From: Octopus sinensis
Taxonomy: Eukaryota
DNA length: 64,000 nucleotides
Direction: 5' to 3'
NCBI RefSeq assembly: GCF_006345805.1
Contig: NC_042998.1
Location: 92,566,001 to 92,630,000, forward strand
The number at the start of each line of letters is the position of its first letter. Positions within the stretch are counted from its first letter, which is position 1. A program made the translations under genes and the position numbers. The notes beneath the pieces are model-generated. The model saw only the letters and a program-made list of their open reading frames with translations. It searched no databases and was not told the DNA's origin. Of this stretch, positions 1 to 12,426 are shown piece after piece.

Positions 1-76
<76 letters not shown>

Positions 77-145
77 GCATGTGTGTGTGTATATATACGT
101 GTGTATGTGTGTGTGCGCGCATATGTAAAATGTATTTATGTAGAG

Positions 146-187
<42 letters not shown>
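1..187. repeat. Compound microsatellite (TA)n/(TG)n/(GATA)n
   Basis: Directly visible simple repeats. Confidence 0.95.
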
Positions 188-1266
188 GTGTTATAATCAT
201 ACTGTTCTTGCTCTACAGTAATATTACCTCACTAAATAATATTGCTGTTTATGAAAAATGGGGAAGAATACATGTTAAATGAATTAAGTATATTTGTTTC
301 AGTTAAGAGACATATATTTGAGTGATTCGATTCATCATTATTGATCTTAAGGCTAATGAAATGAAGGTTTACTTCCTCAAACAGATATGCCACAAATCCT
401 TAACCTTATCTCTCACTGCTCCTAAAACAAATGTGTATATATTGACAGGTTATAGACTAAAGGACAAACATTGTTTCCACAGTAATATTCAACAGATTGG
501 TGAAACATATTCATCCAGATTTATATATCTGTCATCAAAGTTCACAAATGTAAGAAAATGGTAAAGGTCAAAAGAAAAGTGTTCATATAAATTTAATCAA
601 AATAGATTAAGCTGTCTATGTATCATATTCAATGTATATACAGGCTAGTTACTGTGGTATTTATCCTGAGATGACATCTCTTATGGACATGATATGTTAA
701 AATTGCAATAAATATTGAAGGGAAATGAAAATTATTGCAGCAGCTATCAGAGAGAATCTGAGATGCATTTTGACCTTTTTGGGCCTTTTCAATGACATGT
801 ACTCACAGCTAGCTATATGCTTAGTTGAGAACTTGTTACTTCATATATAGTAAACAGTAAATAAAACATTCACTGGTGTTGTGAACAGCCAGTCAGCTGA
901 AGAAAAATCTGCTAAACACAACTGAGGCAGTATTAAAATTTCAATAGCCATTTGTATATCATATTTAATGTATATATATCATTGATAGGCCAAATGCTGT
1001 AGTCCCTTTAATGCATGGTTTTTTTTTTTTTTTACACAGTATATCCATAAGAGATGTTATCTCAGAATATATACTGCAATAACTTGCCTATCAACAGTGT
1101 ATAGACATTAAATAATTATTGCAAAACCAGAATACAGATTGAGTTTGGATTTAAAAGAAAACTTGAATATATTTTAAGATTCAGTTGTCAATTTAGGAGC
1201 ATGTTAAATGGATAGATAATGGCAGTTATAAAATTACACTGAAGTTTATAAATATATGGTCTAAAG

Positions 1267-1480
1267 CAGTGGTTCTTAATCATTTATTGCCCATGGGCCT
1301 CTTTGATCCCTACTTTACTGGACTCCCATAGCCATTTACTGTGTACAAAAACTATTTTCTAATATTTTAAACTTAAGTATTACTAGGAATTATATATAAA
1401 AAAAGTCAAAATATTTTATGTATTGTAGAAATATAACCTATTTATTACATATCAATTTTAATAACAAAGTTCTAAAGGCT
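1267..1480. mobile_element. Partial hAT-type MITE
   Basis: Begins CAGTGGTTCTTAA; interior resembles the reverse complement of the element at 42538-42776. Second TIR not found. Confidence 0.35.
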
Positions 1481-1589
1481 ATGGGAGAAGGAACAGGAAA
1501 TTTCAAAAGCCAGCAACAAGTGAGCTGTGACCTACATATATGTTACTGAGCTGTTCTCTGTGGGCCTCAGGCCACTTATCTTTGAAGTT

Positions 1590-1914
1590 TTACTTGTTTC
1601 AGTTATTGGACACTGACCAAGGTGGGGTACCATTTTCAAGGGTTTAGTCGAACAAATCACCTCCAGTACTTATTTTTGTAAATCTGGCACTTATACTATT
1701 AGTCTCTTTCACCCAACTACCAAATTGCATAGATATAAACAAACCAACACTGGTTTCATGCAATGATGAGGATCAAAAATAAGCACTCACTCACTCACCC
1801 TCTCTCTCTCCCTCTCTCACACATATATATATACAATGGGCTTCCACATAGTTTCCATCTACCAAATTCACTCACAAGACATAGGCTGGCCCATGGCTAG
1901 AGTAGAAGACATTT
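1590..1914 (-). mobile_element. tRNA/CORE-type SINE family A, 5'-truncated
   Basis: Matches the reverse complement of the copies at 23737 and 59485. Head replaced by the adjacent RTE fragment. Confidence 0.8.
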
Positions 1915-2547
1915 GTGGAAGAGATAGACTCAGAAAGAACTGGGATGAGGTGGTGAAGCACAACCTTCGAACATTGGGCCTCACTGAGGCAATGACAAGC
2001 GACCGAGACCTTTGGAGATATGCTGTGCTTGAGAAGACCCAGCAAGCCAAGTGAGACCATAACCATGGTCTATGCCAGTGGAGCTTAACCAGCCCAATTA
2101 AGAGTACCTTTCAATCATTGGGCAATAAACTGCACTTGCAAAGGCCTGTTGAGGTAAGTGAAATTGTTGTTGTGGCTAATGACAGTACTGCCTAATTGGC
2201 ACCCGTGCTAGTGGCACGTTAAAAGCACCATTTGAGCGTGATCATTGCCATTGTTGCCTGAGTAGCTTGCGTGCCAGTGGCATGTAAAAAACACCATTCG
2301 AGCGTGGTCGTAGCTAGCGCTGCCTGACTGGCTCCTCTGCTGGTGGCACGTAAAAAGCCCCATTCGAGTGTGGTTGTTGCTAGTGCCACTTGATAGGCCC
2401 TTGTGCAGATGGCACAGGAAAAGCACCCACTACACTCTCAGACTGGTTGGTGTTAGAAAGGGAGTCCAGCTGTAGAAACTTTGCCAGATCAGATTGGAGC
2501 ATAGTGCAGCCTTCTGGCTCACCAGCCCTCAGTCAAACTGTCCAAAC
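1914..2547 (+). mobile_element. RTE-clade LINE 3' fragment with 3' UTR tandem array
   Basis: Encodes CGRDRLRKNWDEVVKHNLRTLGL...DRDLWR (RTE C-terminal GRPRKTW...DR.W motif), then ~4 units of the 65-nt repeat and the conserved tail. Confidence 0.85.
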
Positions 2548-2549
2548 AG

Positions 2550-2952
2550 TACTGTACTGTATACTTTTTCTTTATTATTTTTATAATTTGTATATATTTA
2601 TTTTATTATAAATGCAAAACAACACCACACTCACCTCCCAAGTTTCATTTTCCGTACAGTATGTGCGATTCTTTGTTTACTCATCTACGGTACATTACGT
2701 ATTTTCTTTTAATATATATTAATTAATGTGCAGTACTGTACTGTATTTTTATTTATTAATTTATAGGCGTGAAAATGCTTATTTTACCACAGAAATAATT
2801 AAAATCTAAAAAAAATATAAATACCTACCAATTGCAGAAACCCGAGATATACTGAGGAGTCAGCAATATAAATTTACATATATTAGCCAGAATAATCCAC
2901 AATGTACTGAGGGTTTGATAGATGAACTGTAATATGGTGAGTGAATACTGTA
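2550..2952. mobile_element. Possible pogo/Tigger-like DNA transposon end
   Basis: Ends ...GAATACTG|TA with subterminal repeats of ATRTACTGAGG. Family assignment by resemblance only. Confidence 0.3.
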
Positions 2953-3466
2953 TACATATATGTACATACATATATATATATAAATATATATATTCTCACA
3001 TGACTGTTGGCCGACTGCTAGCCCTTTTTGCATTTGACCACGGTCACTGCCACATCGATATTCTTCTCTCTGCCGTAAGGCTTAATTCCCAACACGCCAG
3101 CTGAATTCAATTTGTTCCCAGTCGAAAGTCACCTGTTGTTATGTCCTGTTATTATTATTATTATTATTGTTTCTTGTATTATTTTTGTATTTATATTCGT
3201 GTAACATCGTCCGTTTTTCCGTCCTTGCTTCATATACATTCGATGCTTTTTTCCAAGGAATCTAATGCTCTTAGCTTAGTTTTTCCTTGAGGCTGGCCAG
3301 ATTGGAGCAATCTCAAGATTAATCAGCTGAAATTGCGAGGATTCCACCCTATACTATCCAGCAGTAATATTATGTACTTCCTTCCAGATTTGCATTTAGG
3401 CTTCCGTAATGTGTGAATAAATAGTTGAATAAATTGGAATTAACAAGGACATTTATTTGCAATCAC

Positions 3467-3505
<39 letters not shown>

Positions 3506-3506
3506 A

Positions 3507-3862
3507 AACGCCCCCCCCCCTCAAATGGACAGTGCTGAGTTGTCAAACATTTAAACCAAATTTTCTCAAAACAACTTGTCCGACCGTCTCATAGGCCTCC
3601 CCTTTGAGAAACACTGATTTAACCTAAATTTGAAACACAAGCAAAAGACAGATTTCGACTGATGTACTTGCGCATACAAATGCACGTTCCCATGGCTTTA
3701 TCAATTGCATTCTCACCTGGAATCGATTTTTGTAATTTTTTCAAGACTTATACATGCCCTGATACCGTCATCAAATTTGAGTGCAATCAGATGGAGGATG
3801 CATGAGATCCTAGAACACACACACACACACACACAGGCAGAACAGATTTTATATAATATATA
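3507..3862 (-). mobile_element. Non-autonomous Helitron-like repeat (5' part)
   Basis: Highly similar second copy at 50735-51091. On the minus strand the family starts A|TCTATTATATAAAA followed by a TCTG/TG microsatellite. Confidence 0.5.
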
Positions 3863-3869
3863 TACATAC

Positions 3870-4070
3870 ACACACGTCTTGTTTGTCTGTGTTTGTCCCC
3901 CCACTATCACCAGTGTTGGTGTGTTTACATGTCTGTAGCTTAGCGGTTCAGTAAAAGTACCAGGCTTTAAAAAGATACTGGTGGGGTGAAGGTCAATTCA
4001 TTCAACTAAAATTCTTCAAAGCAGTGCCCCATGGCCACAGTCTATTGACTGAAACAAGTAAAAGATAAAA
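3870..4070 (+). mobile_element. SINE family A, 3' half
   Basis: TTAGCGGTTC...ATGGCCACAGTCTATTGACTGAAACAAGTAAAAGATAAAA tail. Confidence 0.75.
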
Positions 4071-4077
4071 TATATAG

Positions 4078-5055
4078 GTGTGCATCAGCTGTGGTGTGCA
4101 AGAGAGACAATTGCGCTGGTATTGTCAGGTGGCGAGAATGGATGAAGGTAGGTGTGTGAAAAAGTGCCAATCCCTAGCAGTTGAGGGAACCCGTGGAAGA
4201 GATAGACCCAGGAAAACCTGGGACGAGGTGGTGAAGCACGACCTTCGAACTTTAGGCCTCACCGAGGCAATGACTAGTGGCTGAGACCTTTGGAAATATG
4301 CTGTGCGTGAGAAGACCCGGCAGGACAAGTGATTCCAGCCCACTTATGCATGTCTTTCCTCCCTTGGACACACAAAGACCTGTTGAGGCAAGTGAAGTCA
4401 AAATCGAACCTCATCCGAAGACAGGCACCCATGCCAACCTCCCTTCATTGGACACCAAACTCTGCTTGCGAAGACCTGTTGGGGCAAGTGAAATCGGAAC
4501 CGAAATTGAACCAATCCTATGACTGGCACCCGGCAGTTGCCAGGACCGCTGGGCTGACTCCTGTGCAGGTGGCAAGTGAAGAAACACCATTTCAACCCTG
4601 TGCTCAAGGAGATCCATTGAGTCAAGTACACCAACATCAAAATCAATGGAAACTGCAGTTGTGATCCCCAAGACGGTGGCATGTAAAAGCACTATCCGAA
4701 TCGTGGCCGATGCCAGCGCTGCCTTGACTGGCTTCCGTGCCGGTGGCACGTAAAAAGTACCATCCGAATCGTGGCCGATGCCAGCACCGCCTTGACTGGC
4801 TTCCGTGCCAGTGGCACGTAAAATGCACCAATCCGATCATGGCCATTGCCAGCCTCGCCTGGCACCTGTGCAGGTGGGACGTAAAAAGCACCCACTACAC
4901 TCACGGAGTGGTTGGCGTTAGGAAGGGCATCCAGCTGTAGAAACACTGCCAGATCAGACTGGAGCCTGGTGCAGCCTTCTGGCTTCCCAGATCCCCGGTC
5001 GAACCGTCCAACCCATGTTAGCATGGAGAAAGGACGTTAAACGATGATGATGATA
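4078..5055 (+). mobile_element. RTE-clade LINE 3' fragment, complete 3' end
   Basis: RQLRWYCQVARMDE...GTRGRDRPRKTWDEVVKHDL; tandem units starting at 4676/4743/4811/4874; GGTTGGCGTTAGGAAGGGCATCCAGCTGT motif; (GAT)n tail. Confidence 0.9.
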
Positions 5056-6159
5056 TATATTACAGAAATCAATGTCTTTAAAAATCATTTCAAATATTCA
5101 GAACATAAAGATTTCCACTGGAATGATATAATCAAACTAATTACCTGAAAACTCTTATATCTCAGTTCTATATGTCCATAGAAAACAAATAAGCCATATG
5201 TGTGGATGTGAGTCATATCTATATTCAGTTAATATCTATGATAAATGAATAGAAATGAGACAATGGACTTAACTAAAATAACGACACACCTTTTATTTTA
5301 TTAGTTTTTATTTTTATAATGAGATTCAAAAGCAAATATTCATTCCAATCTTATTTGATATTTTCTTTTAAAAGATTTGAAATTCAGACCTGCTTATCTT
5401 CATTAGTTAAAGATATATCATAGCAACTGATAGCTTTATCTAAATATCAGTTATCTAAAAATAATAGAACTTGAGATGTGTTTCTTGTTTCAAACCCTCT
5501 GGCAATATAAATTATAAATTATAAATCAATATAACCAATTTCACTGAAGCCACATCTCCTTTTGAATATTCCTGGGAAATGCTTTGTCACTAAGCCACAA
5601 TTCTTAAAGTCAATAGCACTGGCAAAGCTGATTCCATAAAGATATATTTTCTTTATGTATATTATCTAATCTATAATACTTATCAAGTATGCAGTGAACC
5701 TCCAAGTTACCATGAACATTTTATACATGAGAAACTAGATTAATATATCTTTCTTGGATTGACTATGTAGTTCTATGCCATGATTTAGAATATCATATTC
5801 ATTGCATAGAATATGTTAAAAATAATTAACTATGAATAAGTAATAGCTATATTTTGTCTTCCTAACTGACAACTTATATGACATGCATAAGAATCAGATA
5901 AATTATTTAGTTTCTTAAATCAGTAATGAAAATATCAAGAGTAAAGTTATGAGCTAAAGCTAATGGAGTCAGGTGTTTATGATAAAATAATATATTCAAT
6001 AAGTTATATAATCTGTAACTGGTCTTTGCCTCAGAGTTCTTGAGGATGCCTATGATGCAAATTTTTTCTGATTATATGTGTAACTGGAAGAGATTATATG
6101 TGTAACTGAAAAATAATATGAAGCTATACATTAACAAGCAAAAGATTAAAAAATAACTA

Positions 6160-6530
6160 GTGGCTGTATGGTAAGATCTTTGCTTCTCAACCACATGGGG
6201 TCAAGTTCAGTCCCACTGCATGGCACATTGGGCAAGTGTCTTCTACTGTAGCCTTAGGCCAGCTGCCAAAGCACTTTGTGAGCAGAAACTGAAAGAAGCT
6301 CATCATATATGTACGTGTGTGTGTCTTTGTATTTGTGTTTGTCACCCACCACTACTTAACAATTGGTGTTGGTGTGTTTATACCCCCAAAACTTAGAGGT
6401 TCAGCAAAAAAGATCAATAGAATAAGTACCATGCTTTAAAAAACGTAAATACTGGAGTTGGTTCATCCAACTAAAACTTCAAGGTGATGCCCTAGCATGG
6501 TTGCAGCTTGACTGGATCAAGCAAAAGATA
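6160..6530 (+). mobile_element. SINE family A, near full length
   Basis: tRNA-like head (TGGCTGTATGGT...GTTCAGTCCC), TTGGGCAAGT core, (TG)n, conserved tail. Confidence 0.8.
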
Positions 6531-7519
6531 AAAAATTCTAAAATAGTGATTCGTCATACTGGCACAAGATCACAACTTTATGGAAAGAAATGTATAATCA
6601 ATTGGATCAAATTCACAGTATTATTGATGCTTATCTCATCCAGGTGACATGTCATTCACAATCTCGCTCCTTTCCCAAGACTACTCCAACCATGCATCAA
6701 TTTCCAGGATACCAGGCTTCAAAACAATAAATTTAAAATAACACCCACCATATCTTCCATTTATTTTCTTAGTAGAAACACTAGGCAATATCAAATACAA
6801 TCAATGTTCTACTACATGCATGATCACCCTCAAACAAAAACCACACATCTACCACATCCCAGAACACTGATACAACACAATTCTAAAATGCAATCTGCCC
6901 CACTCAGTCCAGGCAAATAAAATGAACACACAGCAATATTACTATATTGGGATGAATACAACAATCGTGAATATAGAGTAACAGCCACTGTTACACTCCA
7001 ACCAAGTTCATCATACCTGCCTATGCTGTGGCAGAAGTAAACTAAACAGTGGAGTGAATACAAGTTCATAACTATAATACTGCATTCTATATAATTAACC
7101 ATTGAATATTAAAATTTGCAATTTAGGTACCTATATATCATAAGCTTGCTTCATTATAGATGATCTGAAGGTCAACAAGTATTTGCATGTTAATACTGGA
7201 TAGATGAAATGCAACAAACATTTACTTTACAGTTTATGCTCCTCCACCAAGGAAATTAATCAGAGTCTGTTTTTTCATAAGAATATAATTGGTGTGAATT
7301 CATTACATACATTTCTTTAAAACCCCCCAAAAATGTTTCTGGGAATTTTCTGTAAACAATTTCTCAGATATAGCTTTTAGAAGCACTGAAACTTATTCCA
7401 AGTTTTATTACCGAGAGATCAAAGATCATAATCAATAAATACTGTTAAAGTAAGTGAGAGAGAAAAACAGAAAACTATTACTATTGCTAGTTTGAAGGGA
7501 TTCATCGTTCATTGAAAGC

Positions 7520-7880
7520 AATAATCAGTAAGATGTGGGTATCAGATATGTGATACTGTCTAGTAATGAAACATGGAAATTTTAAGGCAGAAAACTTGCA
7601 GTGAGTACAGCAAAATGAACAAAGTTTTATTTATTCCATGTGCAAATTAAACTTGGCAGAATTAGATGGAGTGTTGGTAAATAGAGAAAGTGATTATGAT
7701 TGGAAATATCGGTTGATAACTTGGCCAGTGAAGATATCTAATGCATAATGGATAATGCATCAGTGAAAAAGTATAGCTAGAAGGTAATCAAGTATAGCAG
7801 TGAGCAAGAGCAGAAGCAAGCCAAGTAATATTTGGGATGAATTTATGATATTAGGCCATGAGAGATGATGCAGGATACAG
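7520..7880 (+). mobile_element. Old RTE 3' remnant
   Basis: Across a frameshift reads IRYVILSSNETW..AENLQ*VQQNEQSFIYSMC, matching VRTAMLHGSET..TAEDMRRFERNEASMLHWMC at 30790. Confidence 0.55.
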
Positions 7881-9079
7881 TTAGGATAGCAAAGTTGAAT
7901 ATCATTTCAATTCTTGCTAGCACTGAGGAGGAAAAAAATTCCTTGGTTGCTGTAGTTGATGATAAAGGTATAAAGTGTGAAATTTAATACAGAATCTGAA
8001 AATATTTCCAGTATAATTGTGCATACCAATAACAATGGACACACAACCCAAAATTAGAGATACAGTTCCATTGCTAAATTATCTGCCCCGGACATAATTA
8101 CACACTTAAGTATCGATAATGTACTAGATTAAATGGATAAAAACCAAATTTGTATATGTGGTTTTTAGTTCATGGTTCACTACCAAGTATTTGATTGGCT
8201 GCTCCTGTGCCAAGTATCTGCTTGATAAAAAGCTGACTGGAACAAACAATAAAACAGGGCAAATTTCTTAATAAAGATATATAGCACTCCAGTAATGAAG
8301 ATAAATTAACTTCTAATTTCATGTCTGGATAATTATTTCAGTTATTTGTTTATGTTTAGACCTACTAATAAAGTGAACAGTTACTTGTTGTTTGGGTTTA
8401 TATCTAATAAAGTTTGAAGTTTGAAAATTCTAAATAATAAATCTTTCAGGCTACATATATTTCCACTTTTACCAAGAACTAATTTGTTTGTATCCAATCA
8501 ATTATTTTCAATGATTTGTTGATACACACACACACACACACACACACATACATAAACTAGCATTTCTAATTTTGTAGTTTTATAAGACTAATGATTTAAC
8601 TTCCAACTCAGGCAGTTTATTTGTGCAAATCATTTAAAGAAAGAACTGTGTGTGTGTGTGTGTGTGTGTTTGTGTGCATGCGTGTATTTGTATGTATGTA
8701 TGACTTAATAAGGATATGATTATCTTTTGGTATTAATACTGCTTGCATTGCTAAAAATTATACATAAAATAAAAATTATGTTTATATTTACAATTGCTGA
8801 ATATCAAATAGTTTGAGGAAACTTTACACATTTACTTTTCATCTTGGATTAGTTTCATTCCAGCACAAGTTAGCATTTTTAATAACTATCAATGAACCAC
8901 CACACTGAAAGACATCTAGACACTACCCAGTGCTATGCTAACAAAAGATGTGGAGATAATACATACTACAAGCCCACAGATTCAGATTGTAGAGATTTTG
9001 CAGGATGCTCACAATGCAAAGTCCTCAAATAGGTTTTACAAGAAAGAAAACAAGTAAGCCATTCAACATTATTATTATA

Positions 9080-9471
9080 TCTATATATACAAAGCTGAAG
9101 TTATCTGTGTATGGCAGGTTTGGCAGCCTTCAACTAACACTATCTCCTCCAAGACCCTGCGACGTGCAAGTTGACCAAAATTGAGAGTATGATAGAAGAA
9201 GGCTTGCTCTTCCTTCCATAGAAGGAAAAATTCAAATCGGACCATATTAACACCAAAAATTATTTACATCAAAAAGGTGCTTTTTTTTCTATGAAAATCC
9301 CTATTTTTTATGATTTTTTGACTGCTGTGTCGCCATTTTTCTGTGTATTTCAACCAGAAAAATGTTCACTTAAAAGAATAACAAACTACATATTGCAAAA
9401 TTTTTACTTTTCAAAAATTCCAATTGCAAAGGGTCAAAACAAACCTGAGCAACGCTGGGTGATACTGCTAG
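9080..9471 (+). mobile_element. Complete non-autonomous Helitron
   Basis: 5' TC, 3' CTAG, subterminal hairpin CCTGAGCAACGCTGGG, inserted between host A (9079) and T (9472), no TSD. Confidence 0.85.
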
Positions 9472-9789
9472 TATATATACAAAGTAAACAGAAAATGGAG
9501 AAATGTTGATCAACAACAGTTGATTTACATCAATTATTATTTTTTAATTCAATACAAATAGACTGCATCTCATCTAACAGCAGTTTCTGCAATGTTATTT
9601 GGTATTGCCATTGATATACTAAAGATAACATTCATCATATTTGGTAATAAAGCCGATCTGGAACATGGAGCTTCATCAGAGTGAAGGAAAATACATACAT
9701 AAAAGAAAAGAAGAGCCTAGAGATGGAAAAGGAAAGGCTGAATATGTTTAAATCATACCACTTTGCTTCAACCTCTAACTCTACTAACC

Positions 9790-9821
<32 letters not shown>

Positions 9822-10039
9822 TCCTTTCCCTGTTTCAGTCATTTGACTGAAGCCATGCTGAAGCACCACCTTGAGTTTTAGTCAAATAAATCAGCCCCAG
9901 GACTTTTTTTTAGAGCCTAGTATTTATTACATCGGTCTCTTTTGCTGAAGCATTAAGTTACGGGGAAGTAAACACACCTACACTGGTTATCAAGTGGTGA
10001 TGGGGGGGGGACAAACACACACACATACACATATATATA

Positions 10040-11556
10040 CTAGTGGGTCTCCTGGCCTTCAGCCTCTTCTGTACGGTGTTGGAATGTATTCATATGGCAC
10101 ATATTGGCATCTGCCACAATACCCATTTTCCTTGCAATAAAAGTTATTAAAAAGTATTTAAATATTGCATAACATAATTTTGCAAATTTATTTAGAATAT
10201 CTAAATACAAAACATAATGTGATTAATAAGAAAGAACTGTATTGTACAAAAATTATAAAACGTTTACAGAACTTTAGTATATACACTGTTTTTATGTTAT
10301 TTCTTTGGAGCATATTTGAAGAGCTTCTATGGGCTTCCTACTCTGGAAAACTTACAATTAGCCATGTGAAAAACACCCTTCTTCTAGATGGAGACCAACA
10401 ACCTGCAGTATTTGACATTGGGACTTGTTAATGGTCAATGTGTAACTGACACTCACTGGGAATTACAATTGTTTCAAACGAAAGGGGACATCTGTTGGTG
10501 TTAGTGGTATTCTAGGTATAAATACAATGTCTCCCTTACAGCAACCTCCTTGTTGACAACTTTGAGAAAGGATTTATAGATGTGGCAACGTCCATCCCCA
10601 ATCTGTCTCCTTTGTTTTTTCTCCCTAACTCCCTTTCTATCTCTCTCAAATTTTTTCTCTAGAGAGAAGTAGAGGTAGTGAGAGAAAGAGACATAACTAC
10701 AACCAGAGAAAGAGAGAGGGAGATAGCGAGAGAGATAGAGACATAGAGAGAGACATTTAGACAGAGAGAAGGCAGAAGTCTTTCGTTTCATTTATTTTTT
10801 CTCCGTAACACCTTTCTCGGTCTATCTCTCATGTTTTTTCTCTAGAGAGAAAAAGAGGTAGAGGTAGTGAGAGAGAGAAACATATATAACCAGACAGGGA
10901 GATAGTGAGAGAGATAGAAACATAGAGAGAGATATAGACAGAGAGAAAGCAGAGGTCTGGCAGCAACTTCAAAGGAATAAATGTAATGTATAAAATTAGA
11001 GAAGTTGGAGGTGGATAGAGTGACAGGTGGAGTATTTTTTCACCCTGTAAAAATAATTATGGTGAAATAGACGGTACATGGATTGCCAGAAATAGGAGCA
11101 AATACACCGCAAACTCAAACCCCGCCCCACACCTTTTTGTTTTTGGAAAAATCTGTGGGATGGTCAAGTTAATTTAAATGACACGACAAACCTGAAATAT
11201 CATCAATTTTATTTAGTGTTTTCAGTGATCAATGTAGAAACGAACAAACAAACTGGTTTTTTATATTTAATGCTTTCAGCAGTTAATGTAACAAATAAGC
11301 AAAGAAACGAACTTTGCTCTTTATAAGGATATATAGACATTGTAGTGAAATAGAAAGTATATGGATTGCTAGAAATATGAGCCAATACACCGCCAAGTCG
11401 TGTCCACCCCCAATCTGTTTTCGGAAAGTGCGCAGTTATCTGCAGAATGGTCAAGTTAATTTAAATGATATGAAGAACCTGAAATATCAATTCTACTTAA
11501 CGTTTTCAGTGGTCAATGTACAAACAAACAAACTTTACTTTTTATAAAGATAAAGA
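10040..11556 (-). mobile_element. Internally deleted Helitron with both termini
   Basis: Minus strand 5' A|TCTTTATC (11556), 3' GGCTGAAGGCC hairpin then CTAG|T (10040), helicase remnant inside, two internal duplications (10621-10781 vs 10801-10958; 11062-11265 vs 11346-11545). Confidence 0.8.
10264..10549 (-). pseudogene. PIF1-like Helitron helicase C-terminus, disrupted
   Basis: Manual translation: GDIVFIPRIPLTPTDVPFRLKQL*FPVSVSYTLTINKSQCQILQVVGLHLEEGCFSHG*L*V/SRVGSP...KNSVYTKVL* (motifs V-VI). Confidence 0.9.
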
Positions 11557-11647
11557 TATAAACGATGGGCTTCTTTCAGTTTCTGCCAACCAAATCCATT
11601 CACAAGGCTTTTGTCGACCCAAGGCTATAGTAGAAGACACTTGAGGT

Positions 11648-11848
11648 GTTAGCACGCCGGGCAAAATGCTTAGTGACATTTCATCTGTTGTTACATTCTG
11701 AATTCTAATTCTGCCGAGGTTGACAGTGCCTTTCATCCTTTTGGGGTCGATTAAGTAAGTATCAGTTACGCACTGGGATTGATGTAATTGACTTAATCTC
11801 TTTGTTTGTCCCCTCTATGTTTAGCCCCCTGTGGGCAATAAAGAAATA
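11648..11848 (+). mobile_element. SINE family B (central GCCTTTCATCCTT..GGGGTCGAT..AAGTACCAG domain)
   Basis: Related copies at ~28270-28420(+), 30460-30665(-), 41562-41745(+), 44615-44812(-). The central block resembles deeply conserved metazoan SINE domains (Meta/Nin-like; not verified). Confidence 0.7.
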
Positions 11849-11952
11849 TATATATATATAATTAATAACATCAAGGTAATAAAGATTTTAGAAATTTTTA
11901 CTAGCAGAGGCCTAGCATATAGAAAAATTGGTTAATAGACTATATATTATTC

Positions 11953-12086
11953 ATATAAAATACAATGTACATTTAAACACATTAAGAGGTTTCCATCATA
12001 GGAATCGCTTACGCTAGAAGGAACAGCTAAGGGATTCCTATGATGGAAACCTCTTAATGTGTTTAAATGTACACAGTATTTTATAT
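11953..12086. repeat. Near-perfect inverted repeat, ~54 bp arms
   Basis: 11953-12006 is the reverse complement of 12033-12086 with 2 mismatches. Confidence 0.9.
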
Positions 12087-12087
12087 T

Positions 12088-12132
<45 letters not shown>

Positions 12133-12370
12133 GTATAAGTTAGGTGTTTAAAACCTCTAAGGGATGGTTAAATCCAAAGACACTCCTGGTGATTACCTGC
12201 ATAGGTACACCCTTGGTAAAAGGTATACGATGGTGGTTAATTCAGTGGGTAAACCGTAGTTTAAATTATATGCAAGAAGAAAATGGAGAAAAAATAACAG
12301 GAAGAAGTTGATTGTTTGCACTAGTAAGCCATTAATTCAATTAATTAATAAAGGAAAGTGGTAGTAATAG

Positions 12371-12426
12371 TACATTTACGATCGTTTCTGTTTACCAGTT
12401 GTAGTGGTAGACATCATCAGAATGCA
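12371..12426 (-). ncRNA. Minimal type I hammerhead ribozyme (PLE type)
   Basis: UGCAUU-CUGAUGA-UGUCUACCA cuacaac UGGUAAACA-GAAA-CGAUCG-UA-AAUGUA: intact core, stem I 6 bp, stem II 8/9 bp, palindromic stem III ACGAUCGU, GUA cleavage triplet. Confidence 0.8.

Larger units (their letters stand above)
9822..11643 (-). mobile_element. SINE family A split by a Helitron (pieces 9822-10039 and ~11560-11643)
   Basis: The two halves are collinear with the family consensus on either side of the insertion in the central microsatellite. Confidence 0.75.

Noticed and set aside
760-795. Further hammerhead-like motif on the minus strand
   Set aside because: Both core boxes are mutated; indistinguishable from chance.
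4676-4895. CRISPR-like periodic array
   Set aside because: Whole units are homologous with no unique spacers, there are no cas genes, and it sits in a eukaryotic LINE 3' UTR.
9590-9683. FGNKADLE, resembling a small GTPase G4 motif
   Set aside because: Stop codon 7 codons later, no convincing splice sites and no other G motifs; likely chance.
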